A DNA stretch of 64,000 bases from assembly GCA_040954595.2 (NCBI GenBank), contig CM082576.2, forward strand, positions 4,624,760-4,688,759, in the 5' to 3' direction. Both the position numbers and the translations under genes were made by a program. Shown piece after piece: positions 1 through 12,771 of this stretch; the first letter of the stretch is position 1, and the number at the start of each line of letters is the position of its first letter. The DNA comes from Balanoglossus misakiensis (lineage: Eukaryota > Animalia > Hemichordata). Below the pieces are notes generated by a model. The model made no database searches. It saw only the letters and a list, made by a program, of their open reading frames with translations, and had not been told where the DNA came from.

Positions 1-1
1 A

Positions 2-2851
2 AGTCCCGGATATTCTATCTACAACTCGCCGGGATTCATGACGACGAACGAGATCGAGATGGAGGTGGACTGTGAAATTATCAAGATAGAGGAGTCGCAG
101 GTCATACCGGATCCCGTCAGACACGCCCAGACGCAGAAGATCGTCAAGCCAAAGGAGACGGACACTGTGAGCTTTGCCGGGCTCGCAGAGAAAACCAAGG
201 GCGAGGTCAAAGACGAAGCGGGCAAGGAGGCGGACAAGAGTGTGGACTTGAAATCACCGGGCAAGGCGGAGGACATTGTGATTGTCAGTGAGGAGCCCTG
301 CCCGGCCCCGCAAGTGAAATTCGAAAGGCCCAATGAAAGGACTGATAGCAGTAGTAGTTGTGGTAGTGCTCTGAGGTTAGACTCCAATTACACTCACAAC
401 GGCTCGCCAGCCAGCGACGCAGACTCAATGTGTAGCAGTAGTGACATAAGCTCAGTTACCTCACCCCCGGACATGTTCTCCTTTGAAACCAAAGATCAGA
501 AAACTCTCCCCGTCATCGAGGACGAGGGAGACGAAAACATGGACGAGAGCATGATCAAGGACTTGTTGGAAATAACCAAAGATGATTACAAAAAGGACAG
601 TAACGGAAAAGAGAAAGGGCAAGCGGGCTCTGATTACACTAATGTGCTCTTCACAGTGACGAGCCCACAGGACTTCCCTAATTCTCAGAGTCCGGAGGTC
701 AAAGCCGTGCCGATGGACAGCCCGCTCTCCACGTGCACCCAGGACACGGGGGTCAGAACCCCGGGCTCCCCGGACAGTTTTGGAGCCTTCCTCAATAGTC
801 CAGTCAGTCCCACTAGGCAATTTTTAGACTCTGAACTGAGCGACATTGTAGATAAGCTCGGTAGCGAGGACATGGAGGACCCCGCGGACCTCTTCTCGTC
901 CCTCCTCGGCAATAACAGTTCTCCGTTCACTCTCTCTTCCAATGTGCCCACGGCAAAAGTGACCACGGTCGTCTCTGGCGACAGCACGAAAGGGATCCCA
1001 CCGGGGATTCTGGAAACCACCATACACCGATTGGACACCGTACAAAAAGGCAACAGCGCAGCCGCCTCCGCCGCAGACAGTGACAGTGACGTGCTTCCAG
1101 ACGAACTGGCGGAATTCTCCATGGAGTTCTGCGACAAACTCGTGGATCAGATGGCGGAGAGTGCCATGTCGCAGTGGGGAGGGGAGAACATGGACGTGAC
1201 GGAGATGCCGGAACTACCGAGTAACATGATGACCTGGTTCAACCGGGTGATGGCGACCCCGCCGGCCAACGCCTGCCTCTTGAATTCGTCGGCGCAGAGC
1301 GGCGAGGCTGACAAACCACTCCTGCTGAACTCAAACGGACAGGTGTACGTCCCGCCCGGCGAGGCGCCAGAGGATGAGGACGACACGCCCATCCAGGAGA
1401 AGTGCCCGACTCTGTTCAAACACCTGACGGCGCAGTCAGCCATGGAACAGAACAACAAACGGCAGCAAGAGGCCCAACTGCAACAACAGCAGCCGCAGCA
1501 AGCGTGGCAAGGAATGATGCCAGCATCGTCACAACAAGTGACGCAGCAGGTGACGGAGGAAATCTCAAAGCTGGAAATCAAAGACGAGCAGAAGACACCT
1601 TTACTACGCGCACTCCTGACAGGCGACCAGGCCAACCCGTTGGCCAACGAGAGGCAACAGCCGGGCATGGGCGAAGTGGTCGGCGGCAGCCTGACGCCCA
1701 TGGAGAGCCAAATCACCGACACCATACTGGACATGGAGCGAAACACCGGGGAGGTGGGGCCGAACACCAACGTCCCCGTACTGCAGTTTGAGAACAACAA
1801 CATCGCCCAGCAGACGGACCTGCTGCTGCTGCAGGAGCAGCAGAGGCAGCGCTACCTGCTGGAACAGCAGCAGAAGGTGCAGCAGAAGCGGCTGATGGAG
1901 GAGCAGAACCTGGAGATCGAGCGCACCAAACAGAAACAGCAGAAGCAGCTGCTGCTGCAGCAACTGCTGCAGCAGAGACTGATCGAGAAACAGCTGGAGG
2001 AGGAAGAGCAGAATCTGTTGATTGAACAGCAGCAGGAACAGCTCAAAGAGCAGCAGTTGATGCACTTGAAGGAAAAGAGACAATTACTGCAGCAACAGCT
2101 GCATGAAAGGAGACGCGCTCTGCTTCAACAACAGCAACATCAAGAGCAGCATCAGCAACAACAGCAATTTATCTACCAGCAACTGCCACAACAGCAAACA
2201 CAGTATACTCCTCAACCGCCGTGCACAACTTCTCAGAACCAGCTTCCACCGCTCAAAAATAATTCAAATTCGCTTCTTCAACAGTTTCTAGAGCAGCCTT
2301 CCCAGATCATCCCACCAGGGGGCGGTGTGCAGGGAGTGGCAGAAAAGCCACTGTTCTCGCAGCCTGTAGGTGCCATGCAGCAGCAGCAACAGCAGACGGC
2401 TGTGGGCTCTGCCAACCACCACTTCTTGAAAGGCCAGAACGCAGTGCCGCAGCAGTTGAACGGCAACCACTCGTCTCAGTTTGGGAACAGTCTGCAGCAC
2501 CTGCAACAACAGCAACACCCCCAGATGTCGCAGCAGCAGAAGTGGCAGCAAGGACTGCAACAGCAGGTGAAGCAGCAAACACAGCAGGTGGCCAACCAGA
2601 TGGGCTTCAAGTCTAACCAGCAGTGCCAAGAGCAGCAGCAGCAGCAGCTGTTCCAGTACGCCAACTACGAGAAGCCATGCCAGCAACAGCAACAGTACCC
2701 ACCTCGACTATCGCACCAAGGACCCCTTGAGGCAGAGGAGCAACTTCCAGCTCACCTATCACAGCAAATAGTCGACTACAACCAGCACATTCAGGAAACT
2801 CCCGTACACTGGCAACGACAGACCCAGGCCATGTACAACGGAAACCAGTAA
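2..2851 (+). CDS. Terminal coding exon (5'-truncated) of a large Ser/Pro/acidic, polyglutamine-rich protein, probably the transactivation region of a transcription factor or coactivator; family not identifiable
   Basis: The 937-aa ORF 38..2851 stays open to the window edge (SPGYSIYNSPGF precedes the Met). GC-rich, coding-like composition changes abruptly to AT-rich UTR after the TAA. It contains many SP sites, SUMO-like psiKxE motifs (IKIE, VKDE, VKFE, IKDE), LxxLL motifs (LFSSLL, LLRALL) and a Q-rich C-terminal third. No folded domain is visible. Confidence 0.85.
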   Translation, partial: SPGYSIYNSPGFMTTNEIEMEVDCEIIKIEESQVIPDPVRHAQTQKIVKPKETDTVSFAGLAEKTKGEVKDEAGKEADKSVDLKSPGKAEDIVIVSEEPCPAPQVKFERPNERTDSSSSCGSALRLDSNYTHNGSPASDADSMCSSSDISSVTSPPDMFSFETKDQKTLPVIEDEGDENMDESMIKDLLEITKDDYKKDSNGKEKGQAGSDYTNVLFTVTSPQDFPNSQSPEVKAVPMDSPLSTCTQDTGVRTPGSPDSFGAFLNSPVSPTRQFLDSELSDIVDKLGSEDMEDPADLFSSLLGNNSSPFTLSSNVPTAKVTTVVSGDSTKGIPPGILETTIHRLDTVQKGNSAAASAADSDSDVLPDELAEFSMEFCDKLVDQMAESAMSQWGGENMDVTEMPELPSNMMTWFNRVMATPPANACLLNSSAQSGEADKPLLLNSNGQVYVPPGEAPEDEDDTPIQEKCPTLFKHLTAQSAMEQNNKRQQEAQLQQQQPQQAWQGMMPASSQQVTQQVTEEISKLEIKDEQKTPLLRALLTGDQANPLANERQQPGMGEVVGGSLTPMESQITDTILDMERNTGEVGPNTNVPVLQFENNNIAQQTDLLLLQEQQRQRYLLEQQQKVQQKRLMEEQNLEIERTKQKQQKQLLLQQLLQQRLIEKQLEEEEQNLLIEQQQEQLKEQQLMHLKEKRQLLQQQLHERRRALLQQQQHQEQHQQQQQFIYQQLPQQQTQYTPQPPCTTSQNQLPPLKNNSNSLLQQFLEQPSQIIPPGGGVQGVAEKPLFSQPVGAMQQQQQQTAVGSANHHFLKGQNAVPQQLNGNHSSQFGNSLQHLQQQQHPQMSQQQKWQQGLQQQVKQQTQQVANQMGFKSNQQCQEQQQQQLFQYANYEKPCQQQQQYPPRLSHQGPLEAEEQLPAHLSQQIVDYNQHIQETPVHWQRQTQAMYNGNQ
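1804..2700 (+). repeat. CAG/CAA-rich low-complexity polyglutamine-coding region
   Basis: Runs of CAG/CAA codons encode QQQQ tracts. These explain the antisense poly-Leu and poly-Cys ORFs. Confidence 0.85.
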
Positions 2852-5800
2852 AATAACAAGCATCCACCACACGCACACAGTATCACACACATACTTATAT
2901 ATGGTACATACCTAAACAAATTCACTCACACACACACGCAGACACGCGCACAAAACATAAACAAAACAAAAATGATAATTTGTTCCAGTGCAAATCTAGA
3001 CAATGTAAATATCAGAAAAACCCAACAAATCATTAACGTTAAATTCACAACAGAGAAATGCATTTTTATTTGCACACAAAGCATTTTTTCTGTCAGTCAC
3101 GTCAGCAAACAATTTTTCTTGTAGAAAATTTGCTTTTCAACAAACAAACAAAATCTGTGATCAGAAATGCTACCACCTAATTTTTAATAGGTGACGTGTA
3201 ACTTATGTGTAACTCAGAGATGCCAATAGTAGCTTATATACTATTCTTCTATCTGTCCATTTATGGGAACTGTCAGATGTGTTGAACAGCAATTGTACAC
3301 TGTACTTAATTTCGTAAGTTAGAACGTAGACTAGAAACTGTGGAAGCTCATGTGTTTAGAGAAAACCTGAAAACTATCAAGGAAACACATTCTTGATTCC
3401 TGTGGCCAACATTTTCTGTTGTTGTTGTTGTTTTTGTAAACTTAGGAAACTTTGAATGGAAACCTTTAAGTCACTGTAGATAATTCTTGATTTCTATGAC
3501 CGACCTCGCTTTTCTGTAGAAAAGCGAGTGAACTCTAGCTTTATAAATGTAATTGGTGCTGTTTTAGTAGATTTTCTGTCTTTCTTGCTCTGGTGTCTTT
3601 TATAGTCCTTGTAGATTTGGTGTATGTTTTCTTTATACAAAAGAGTACAAAAGAAATTGTATTGTACGTGCATTTATATAGCATCAACTTGAATCTGTAT
3701 TAATAGTGCTTTCATTCTTGACTGTTTTAAGTTTACTAGAATTTTCACAAGAAAGGAAGAGAGATTGGAATATTTTTGATCAAAAATTTTAATTTCCTAT
3801 ATTGTATTGTATTAACCCTGCGTCATTGAGTGCAATCAGTAATTTGAGAAATTTGTCAAGAGTCTTGTAAGGAGATATTTTATTTTATTATTTTTCTTTT
3901 GTTTGTTTTGTTTTATGAATGTTGTTATGTGTGCCCAGTTTATGGGTCTGTTTTGTCCTCTATTCACTTATCACCATTTTGCAGCTGTCCAAAGGATACT
4001 CTGTGTGGTGGTTGTATGTGGTATTATCGCTCTGAAAAGTGGAGGAGGTAATCCACAGTGTTCGCAATTTAATGCCATGTGTGAGAGAGAGAGAGAGAAA
4101 AAAAAGAGATAAAGAGAGCATCCTCTTATGTTGGTATACTGCCGCAGTCAGGCGATGTGTACATAGCATATGCCATCTACAGTCACGTGGATATGTGCAT
4201 AGCAAGAGCAGCGGAAATGTGGATGTGTGCGGCTGGCTAAATGCAGTGCGCAGTCTTTATGTACATGTAGGTGTGCAACGTAGAGCTGTGTACGTTGCAC
4301 ACTTGTGAGCGCATGGTGCTGCTGCTTGCTGAGTGGCACAGTGCAGTCACGTGGTGGGAACTTGTTGCAGCGCCGTTGTTTCTGCTGCAGCAAGGCGTGT
4401 AGTTGCGTGGATGCTTGGTCATGCATATGCACTATGTGTACATGCAGTTAAGCATGTAGACGCATTGGGATATTTGCTCTGTGCAATCACATGGATGTCT
4501 TTCTGCACGCAGTACGCAGTCTCATGGTATGTGCACATACTGTCACATGGAAATGACATGCATGTGCGTACTACATGCAGTCTTTTAAACGCGTGCACAC
4601 ATGCAGAAAGTCAAATAAGTGCATGTGAGTGCAGATTTTTGTATCAAGATGGGAGGATGTTTATTGGGAGCATTTTTCATGGATACCACTGTATTTATGG
4701 TGATGTGATATGTATTTCTATGTCTGTACCTATTGTATAATTATGTATACTGCCTTTCAAAATTGAAAACCGAGAGAAAAAAAAAAGTTTGCACCCCAAC
4801 ACCCCCAGTTACATGCCATCCACACTTTTAAATAATGAACCCACCCACCAATAGGAGTATACCATGAATGGCATGATAACGGGGGTGGTAGGGTGGTATA
4901 AATGTGTCGCAACTGTAGAGTATTAAAGATGTGAAAGTAATTTTGGTTTTTTGGTAGACAGGTGTGTGACAGAGAGTATATGTAAATTGGAATTTCTATT
5001 AATCCTGAAGTACATTACATAATCCTGCTTGAGAGAGAGAGATAGAGAGCGAGTGAGTGTGTGTGTGTACCCAGCATTGTAATCTAAATTAATAGTTTTT
5101 AACAAAAAAAAGGGAAAACGCTTGTAACGCCTGCCTGCCTTATTTACTGACTGTAACATTTAAATCAATGTCATGGGTTTTTAGGCATCTTCTTGTTTTG
5201 AAAAAGCAGTCCATCTTGCTGCATACATTTCAAGGTCCAGTCGTAAGATCCCACATATAGGAATTTTGGAACTCTGGTTTGCAGTCAGGACATTCATTCC
5301 ACAATGAATGCCCTGTTTTTGATTGAAAAAGATCTCTTGCATTGGAAACGCCACATCGTTTGCCAAAATGAAACTGCATGTGTGAGTGAATATTTCCAGC
5401 ATGAAGTGGACCGTGGAACAGATTTGTGAAAATGAAACAGTGCAGCAAGATTGGCGCATTTTATTTTAGCTTTTTTTAGCAGGTTTATTTATCAAAAGTA
5501 TGACAAACTGTTACGTGGTTATGATAATGAAATGTAGCTGAGTGAATCTTGGCCTTGTAAATGGAGGCATCAGACGCCATATTGCTTGGCTTTGGCATCA
5601 GAGTTTGTATCAAGTGGTGTAAATTGTCCGTGGGTTTGATCTCACCTTTTTTTCATGTGTTTTGTGGGGGAGTCCTTCCTGTTTTCTTCAAGAAAATGGA
5701 TTAAAAATGTACAAATAGCCACTGACATGTGTGAACACATAAGGCATTATACAGACATGCCCGATCATACTTTGTGTTATGATATGATCCAATATGGTTG

Positions 5801-7130
5801 GCTGATGGCTTTCATTCCACCTTGATCCAATTCAATGTTTTCTTTCTGTTGATCATGTGGGGACTATATAAGTGCCAATGATTGTGTCGAACACAAATTT
5901 TCCTCAGCCTTCTGTCTTTTCGGCTTTTTACATGAAAGTGGATTTGTCAGGCCAGAGCTTTGTAATGTGGTGTGCCTCCCCTGACAGCCTAGAAGTGGCT
6001 CTAAGTCATTTCAGTATCATCAACCGAAGAACAGAATTTTTTTTTAAATTTTGTTATCTGCAGGTGGGCGGTGTACATTGATTTTAACCAGATGCAAGTC
6101 TTCATTCATTTTTGTTTAGCCTTTTAACAATATTATGCTTATTAATTAAGTCAGAGTATTCGGTGAAAATAATGACCGTGCTAGTATCTTGGAAGTGTGC
6201 CACATATTTAGGCGCTATTTTTATCATAGTTTAATGGGGCAAAGGTCAAAGAGCAAAGGTGATACTTGTATACTAATTTGCATGCTTTGGTGATGACATT
6301 GACAAGAAGAGTACATTTATGCTAGTAGCTAGTCAATTAAAATATTTAAAAAAAACAAAAAACAAAAAAATTATAAAGCTTTAGTAGATCTGACAAGGGA
6401 TTTGTGAATGGAAAACATAAAAATTATGAGTAAAGTTTAGAGTTTGCCTGGAGGTAGTGAATACCTTCATTGTTTATCGGAAAATAAGTCTTGAACAGGA
6501 AACTATAATTGTGCACTAAGTGCTCATTTATTTATACCCATGCTTCTATTGGGGAATAGTGTTAGCGAGGAAAATTAAAAAAGATGAAAACATAAATGTT
6601 AATTTTTTTAAAGAAAAATTTAAAATGGACTCTTAAAAAATAAACGATATGATGTGTAATATCCACACAGAGTATGTCCAACTAAATTTGGACGTCAAAA
6701 TTTTTTTGTAAATTTTAGGAGAGACAGAAAACAAAAAGGAAAGGGATAGAGAGGAGCCTGTATGAAATTGTTGACCCGTGGAAATGATATTGGAGTGAAT
6801 TCTCACAGTGATGGAAGGTGCTACAAATTGAGCAGTTTTGTACCAATACAGCAGACCCATCTGTTATTGCTTGCGTGCATCGCTTTTATGCTTCATACGC
6901 CTTCCCCCTTTTGAAAGGTGGCTTTTGTAGTGTGTTTAATAGTGGTAGGCAATTATTGAAATTATTGCAGTACATAGTTTTTGTTTGCGCTCTCAGCGTA
7001 GCTGGTTTCGCATCTTTATCCAGTGCACAGCATATACTTTAAAAATTCTCTGCTAGCAAAGACAGATTTAAAAGAAAAAAGAAAGAGAGAGAGATACGGC
7101 CCCCCTCATTTTTTGTAGAAATGTCTGTGT

Positions 7131-7141
7131 AAATAAATAAA
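7131..7141 (+). terminator. Probable polyadenylation signal (overlapping AATAAA) ending the ~4.3 kb 3' UTR of gene 1
   Basis: aaataaataaa is followed by a U/GU-rich downstream tract, and lies before a (CA)n repeat and the next gene's promoter region. Confidence 0.5.
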
Positions 7142-7318
7142 TATCCTAATTTGAATATTAGATTCCTATATTTGTATTTGGTTTTATCTTTGGTGATATG
7201 TGATAGGTCATTAAAATGGTATCATATTCACAAAGAATGTTTGTGATTTTCTCTTTACCGACGGATGTGAGCGTTTAATCCACTCTGAGCCACAGGGTTT
7301 CAACCCACACATAGTTTT

Positions 7319-7340
7319 CACACACACACACACACACACA
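7319..7340. repeat. (CA)n microsatellite
   Basis: About 11 CA units read directly. Confidence 0.9.
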
Positions 7341-8451
7341 GGGTAATAATGGTACAACCACTGAACATCAAGAAGAGATGAAAATGTAAAATGAGAATAG
7401 GGTATAGCCCTTTAATATTTTGTAAATTTTGCCTAAAGGATTTTTAAAGTGGATTTATTACTCCCACATACAGACCCCTAGGTCTGTGTTGCGCCTCCCA
7501 AACTCTGTGTCAGCCCTGGTTAAAACAGAAATCTAGAATTTGGAACATCAACCATTCCCAGGAAAAGCGGTCTTGCCTGAAACGTGTGTAATCAGTTCTT
7601 GTGATCACGTGTTTCCAAGTTAGAAGTCGCACATATTGTTAAAAGCGCCCTCTATCGGGGTGATTGATTGTTCCTTCGATGGTTGGAAGTTGGAACGAAG
7701 GGCTCTCCACATCACTTTCCTGAAGTATTTATGACCGAAGGCTTTTACATGTACTAAAATACCTGAGCATTATTAAAACCACTTTTCTAACTAATACTCA
7801 AAAACGTGAAATGTAACTAAATAGTTGTTTGTGCTGTTTGTATTTGTCAATTTTCGTTCCACTTGTATGATGTCTCACAACAACTAACTATTTTAATGCA
7901 AATAATATTTGGAAAAATGCCATCTCGGGGAAATGGCTTAATGCCAAAAGGGCCCTTTGCCCCACCCCTATTATGAAACAGGTTACTCTGCAGATCTGCC
8001 CTAATCATGACCAAGGTCGGATGTACGCCCTCACATATCACTTTGATCGCTACCGGTCAAAGGTTGACACCAATTAATGCACGATCATCCGTCTAAGGAG
8101 GAAAGCATCTTTATGTACGGTATACTAAAAGGTAAGTCAGTGTGAAAAACAAAAACAGTATAGTACGCAGGCCTAACTCTTCGCATGCTCTTTACGTCAT
8201 ACTTATAAGCAACTCACTGGTACCACCCTGACCCTACCGTGTCCTACCCTAACTCTAGAGCCAGTCATTGCAGCAAGGTGCTAGGTACGTACGCCCGTAA
8301 ATGTACCAAAATATGCATGTGTTGACTATGTTGTTAACGGACTGCGGCTGTGGTTGGATTGCTTCTCCATCGGAACACAAAAAGTTGTTTCTGGTTTATA
8401 CCTTCAGTTAATTGCTGTCTGGATGCAATGCTTTGAAGAGGAACACCAAAT

Positions 8452-11400
8452 ATGGACAGCGAGATGAAGGCACGACCTTTGACCTCATCACCCATAGTAA
8501 CAGTAACGCCGGCCCGAGGGATGGTGGATGAGAGGGCAGCTGTTGTAGTAACACATCTGATGCCGAGAAAACCTATCACCCTTTATGCATATTTGATATC
8601 AGAAAAGCAAATAAAGTGGGAATCGTGGGGCCACTATGTCACAGATGATAATGGTAATGTTGAAGGTGAGTAAACATTTTCACATAGCCAAGTCTATAAC
8701 TATTTTGTAACTGTTTTGTCTTGCATGCATTCGATGCACAGCCCAGAAGGTGGTACAGTGTTCGCTTTGAGCATGGTCAAATTGCAACAAACGGGCCATA
8801 AATCTGGCAAATTTGCAGGTAACATATAGCTGATGGGATAGCTATAGTGGCAATCTAAGATCGACAGTCATGTTGTTATATTGATTGCATAGAAATATAT
8901 TCTTCTTTGACTTTCACACATATCAGTTGAGTCTCAAGAGTCACTAGGTGGAACGTACATTGGCCGGGAACCAATGGGGTTATTCTGGAGTCTGAAACCA
9001 GCACCTGGCCAAATGAAAGGGTGTCGTCTACGCAAACTCAATGTCATGAAGCCCCATGTTGTATATATACAAGTTTTCGCCGGCCACCTGAGTCAGAAGT
9101 TTGACATGACCTCACCCATTGCCATGACAACGGCAGAAAGATGGTACATTAGACCTGGTGTGAAAAGATGCCCCATAAAGGAGGGTAATGTGCGTGGGAC
9201 CTTGTTTCTACCAAATGGTGAGTTCAGTTCCTTTCATTTTAACCGTATCTGAATACTACTGTTGTATATGGGAATATTGAGGTCCATGTGCTGAAGTCTT
9301 GACCGTGCGTGTCACCCTGATTCAAAATTTTGCACTTTGCTTCTTCAACTCTTTCATCTCATTGTAGGCACCGGACCTTTCCCTCTTGTGATTGATTTGT
9401 GGGGAGGGGGAGGGGGAATCATCGAATACAAGAGCTCTCTGCTGGCTTCGCACGGTTTTGCAGCAGCAGTCCTGGCTTACACAAATCATGACGACCTGCC
9501 TGTAAATGGGGTCAGCATTGAGTACTTTGAGGTAAGTGTTTCAACATATAGCCTCTTGGTATTATTTTGAAGTCAAGACAAGGTCAGTTTGTGTGATGGC
9601 TAAATTTTAGTGCAGGCAAGTTCTTTGATTTTTTGAGAGGTAAAAATAAAATAGCGCCCTCAGTGTTAATTTTGACAAAATTGATGCCAAGTATATGTTT
9701 GCTGAGGGTGTATCATCTTTGGAAATTTTGAATGCGTGCATGATTTTCCAGCAGTTGAATGAAAGCTTTGACATATCAAATGGAAGAAATGATCATTGAA
9801 TTGTAACTGTATTGACGAATGTGACCGATCATATACATGTTGTCACTTTCCATTCACTGTTCAGGAAGCCTGTGAGTATTTCTGCAATCGTCCGGACATC
9901 GACTCGGAAAACGTCGGATTCCTTGGCACATCACAGGGCGTTTCCCACGGTTTTGAGATTGCCGCAGAAACTGATATTAGAGTAAGTAGTAAACTGTGTG
10001 ACAGGAGCTAGGTGGTGTGCGGAACATGGTGACACAAGCTTTACAATCCTTAATACCAGAACTGGTCAGGTCTTGGCTTAGTGAGGTAAAGCCCAAGGAA
10101 AGTTAATGTAAGCTGAGCTCAAGGTGCCCAGACACAGTGTTTTATTTGACAATAATTTGTTTATTATTTGTTGTGCTTTTGTTGTGTTTTAAGCTCAAGT
10201 GTGCAATACTGACAAATGGTGGATTTGTTCGTGCAGATGTGGTAACGTCGAGATTTGCGAGGGCAGTCACCGGTTTGGCTCCGCCAGGGTAAGCCACTTT
10301 CTCAGGCAATTTGAAAAGTCTCTACATTATCATTATTTTTTAGTTTTAGTGTTTTGTGTATAAAGTACAGTTTCTGGTTCCAGTCTTTATATCATAAGTG
10401 CCCTCTCTCCTTCTTTTCAACATAGCTTACACTAGTTCTGCTTTGATTTTCAGAACAGAATTTCACCTTCCGTGTGAGAAAGATGCAGACGGCAACTTTC
10501 TGACTTACGATATGATGAATTATGAAAGAATTCTTCAAGAGGAGGGCAAGGAAGCATTTGTCAAGGTTAGAGATTTTGTTGTCAATGTGATTTTTTGAAA
10601 ATGCGTAGTGCTATAATAAAATAGCAGAATGCGTGATTCTTTCGGAGTGCAAAATTTGTGACAATGCTTCTGTGGGAAGCGGGCTAAACATATCCAGGTG
10701 ACCATATGCTGTCATGTATCTTTCATTCTTTACACAGGTGGAAAATCTGACATGTCCGTGTTTATTCCTGATATCTGGCGACGATCCGTCGCATGATCCA
10801 GAGGGATATTTCCAAGAAGTGAGAGTCTTCCCATTTTTTCCCAGGGCAGTCTGTCAATGATGGCATAGTTCCATAATTCAAATATGTCACTTGGAAGCTC
10901 CTATATAACCGTGTCTGCATGGTTTTGCATTTTAATCACCAAATCTTTTTTTCTTCATAAATTGAAAATATACCAATGAGAAATTTTACTCTGTCAGAAG
11001 AAAAAAATGTGTTTATTCATACTTTTGGCAGATATACAAAAGAATGCAGAGCGTTGGAAAACAGCATTTACTAGAAGTGTGTCGCTATCCTCAGGCTGGT
11101 CACCTGTTGGAGCCACCATATGCACCGCTGTGCACACTGTCGTATCAATCCATCAAAGCAGCCAATTTAAATTTACCAGGTAAGTATGACTGCCCCCTAG
11201 CGGTGATTCTTGTCTATTACTTTGTTTTGACTTTTTATTACGTGCACATACGTCACACAAGTGAGAGAGATGTTGAAACGGACAGGGATGTTTTTGGAAG
11301 GTGATATTGTTAGTATGAAAAACTAAGAAGGCGGTGATTGAACCATGCATAGGCTGTGTTGTCAAACAACGGGCATTTCGACATGCTTTAACGCAACAAA

Positions 11401-11633
11401 TCAATCTAAAACCATGTCAAAAGCACTGTTCCTTTCCCTGGCCTTCAGAATGTCTGTACTTTTTAATAACACGAAGTTGTTTCCTCTTTGCAGTTGTCTA
11501 TCTGAAGTTTGGAGGATTACCTAAACCTCACGCTGATGCACAAGAACACTCATGGAGGACCATTCTGGATTACTTTGACAGACATTTAAGATGCCAGAAA
11601 AGCTCAGCAAAACCTGTCCCGTCAAAACTTTGA
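8452..11633 (+). CDS. Peroxisomal acyl-CoA thioesterase / acyl-CoA:amino acid N-acyltransferase (type I ACOT/BAAT family, alpha/beta hydrolase), 453 aa
   Basis: Nine GT-AG exons join in phase: 8452-8665, 8927-9217, 9368-9531, 9865-9981, 10194-10288, 10454-10565, 10738-10818, 11032-11179, 11494-11633 (1362 nt). Family motifs: [37 protein letters not shown]. Catalytic triad: nucleophile GTSQG, acid SGDD, His in [12 protein letters not shown]. The C-terminus is the PTS1 signal SKL. A probable non-coding exon donor lies at ~8131 with an acceptor at 8407. Confidence 0.93.
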
Positions 11634-12771
11634 CGATCAGCAGAACAAGGTTACTGGACTCCAGTCTTAAATGAAATGCCATGAAGTGGATATATATCAT
11701 GATTTTACATTTAGAGATAATTTTTTATATGGCATGATCCTACCGTATCATTTCTATGGTGATTGTAAATACAAGAAACAATTGTATATTTCTGTGATCA
11801 CATTCAGTAGCTTCAATCTCAAACTCGCCCCAAAATGGCCTCATTTGAGATTGCTCAGATCATGAGGCGTTGAGCAGCATTCAGTAATACAGGTTGTGTA
11901 TGAAACAGGACACCATCATCTATTACATCTTGACTCCATTTTATGTTATCTCAGATCATCGCCATCCACACCCCCCCCCAAGAAATTATTGTTCTTCCCC
12001 TTATCGCGCTGGCCCATGCTATGCGATTCAATCAAGCGCGTTGAGTACGGTTGTTTTAACCTCGTCAATCCATAATAGACCCATCATCCACGGAAGCACT
12101 TAGCTCATTTTAATAACTGCATCCAGATATTGTGGTTGGCTGGAATGTTCTATTTTTGTGTACTTGGCTGTGCGTCAAAATTTCTTTACAAATTGCGACC
12201 TGGTTCCAACGCGGTCACTCGCCTTCTATCGAATAAACGTACTTTGAAGTTCCGGTTTAGAAATTCCTCCACCCACCAATCATTGATAGAATCGACAAGC
12301 TAACTTTACAACGCCTATTATCGGCAACTCTGGGCGATTTTTATGTCAAATTTTAACGAAATGCGTATGGGATGCCGAATATTTTCAGGACATTTCCAGT
12401 TTCCTGTTAAACCTACGCGAGGCTCTGTTATTAAATCTATTATCCGGGAATTCCTCAAAGAATGTTTCTGCCATTTCAATGGAAATATACTCTACACTTT
12501 CATTGACTTTCGTTCGCTTTGAAAAATGAAGTAACATATCTGTTGGAACTCAGATATCTATGCTTACCTGACCTCTTCATGGGGATCTCATGACTAAATG
12601 TGATATAGCTGCGAATGCAAACCCGTAGTTAGCCGTTTTAAATTTGGCAACAGTCGCCGATATTTTAATCTAAAGTACTGGTGCCTGAAATTGAGATTAA
12701 CGTACGAGGTCAGAATGAAATAAAAAAAACACCAAAATTATATTGCTCATGAGTATAACATATACGGTGCC

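Noticed and set aside
19-2876. Numerous minus-strand and alternate-frame ORFs (poly-Leu, poly-Cys)
   Set aside because: They are shadows of the GC-rich, CAG-repeat coding exon on the plus strand.
8222-8256. Degenerate CCCTRA-like repeats resembling telomeric sequence
   Set aside because: Only three or four poor copies, too degenerate to call.
12260-12530. NF-kB-like (GGGAATTCCT) and IRF-like (TTTC-repeat) sites
   Set aside because: Short imperfect matches expected by chance, with no independent support.
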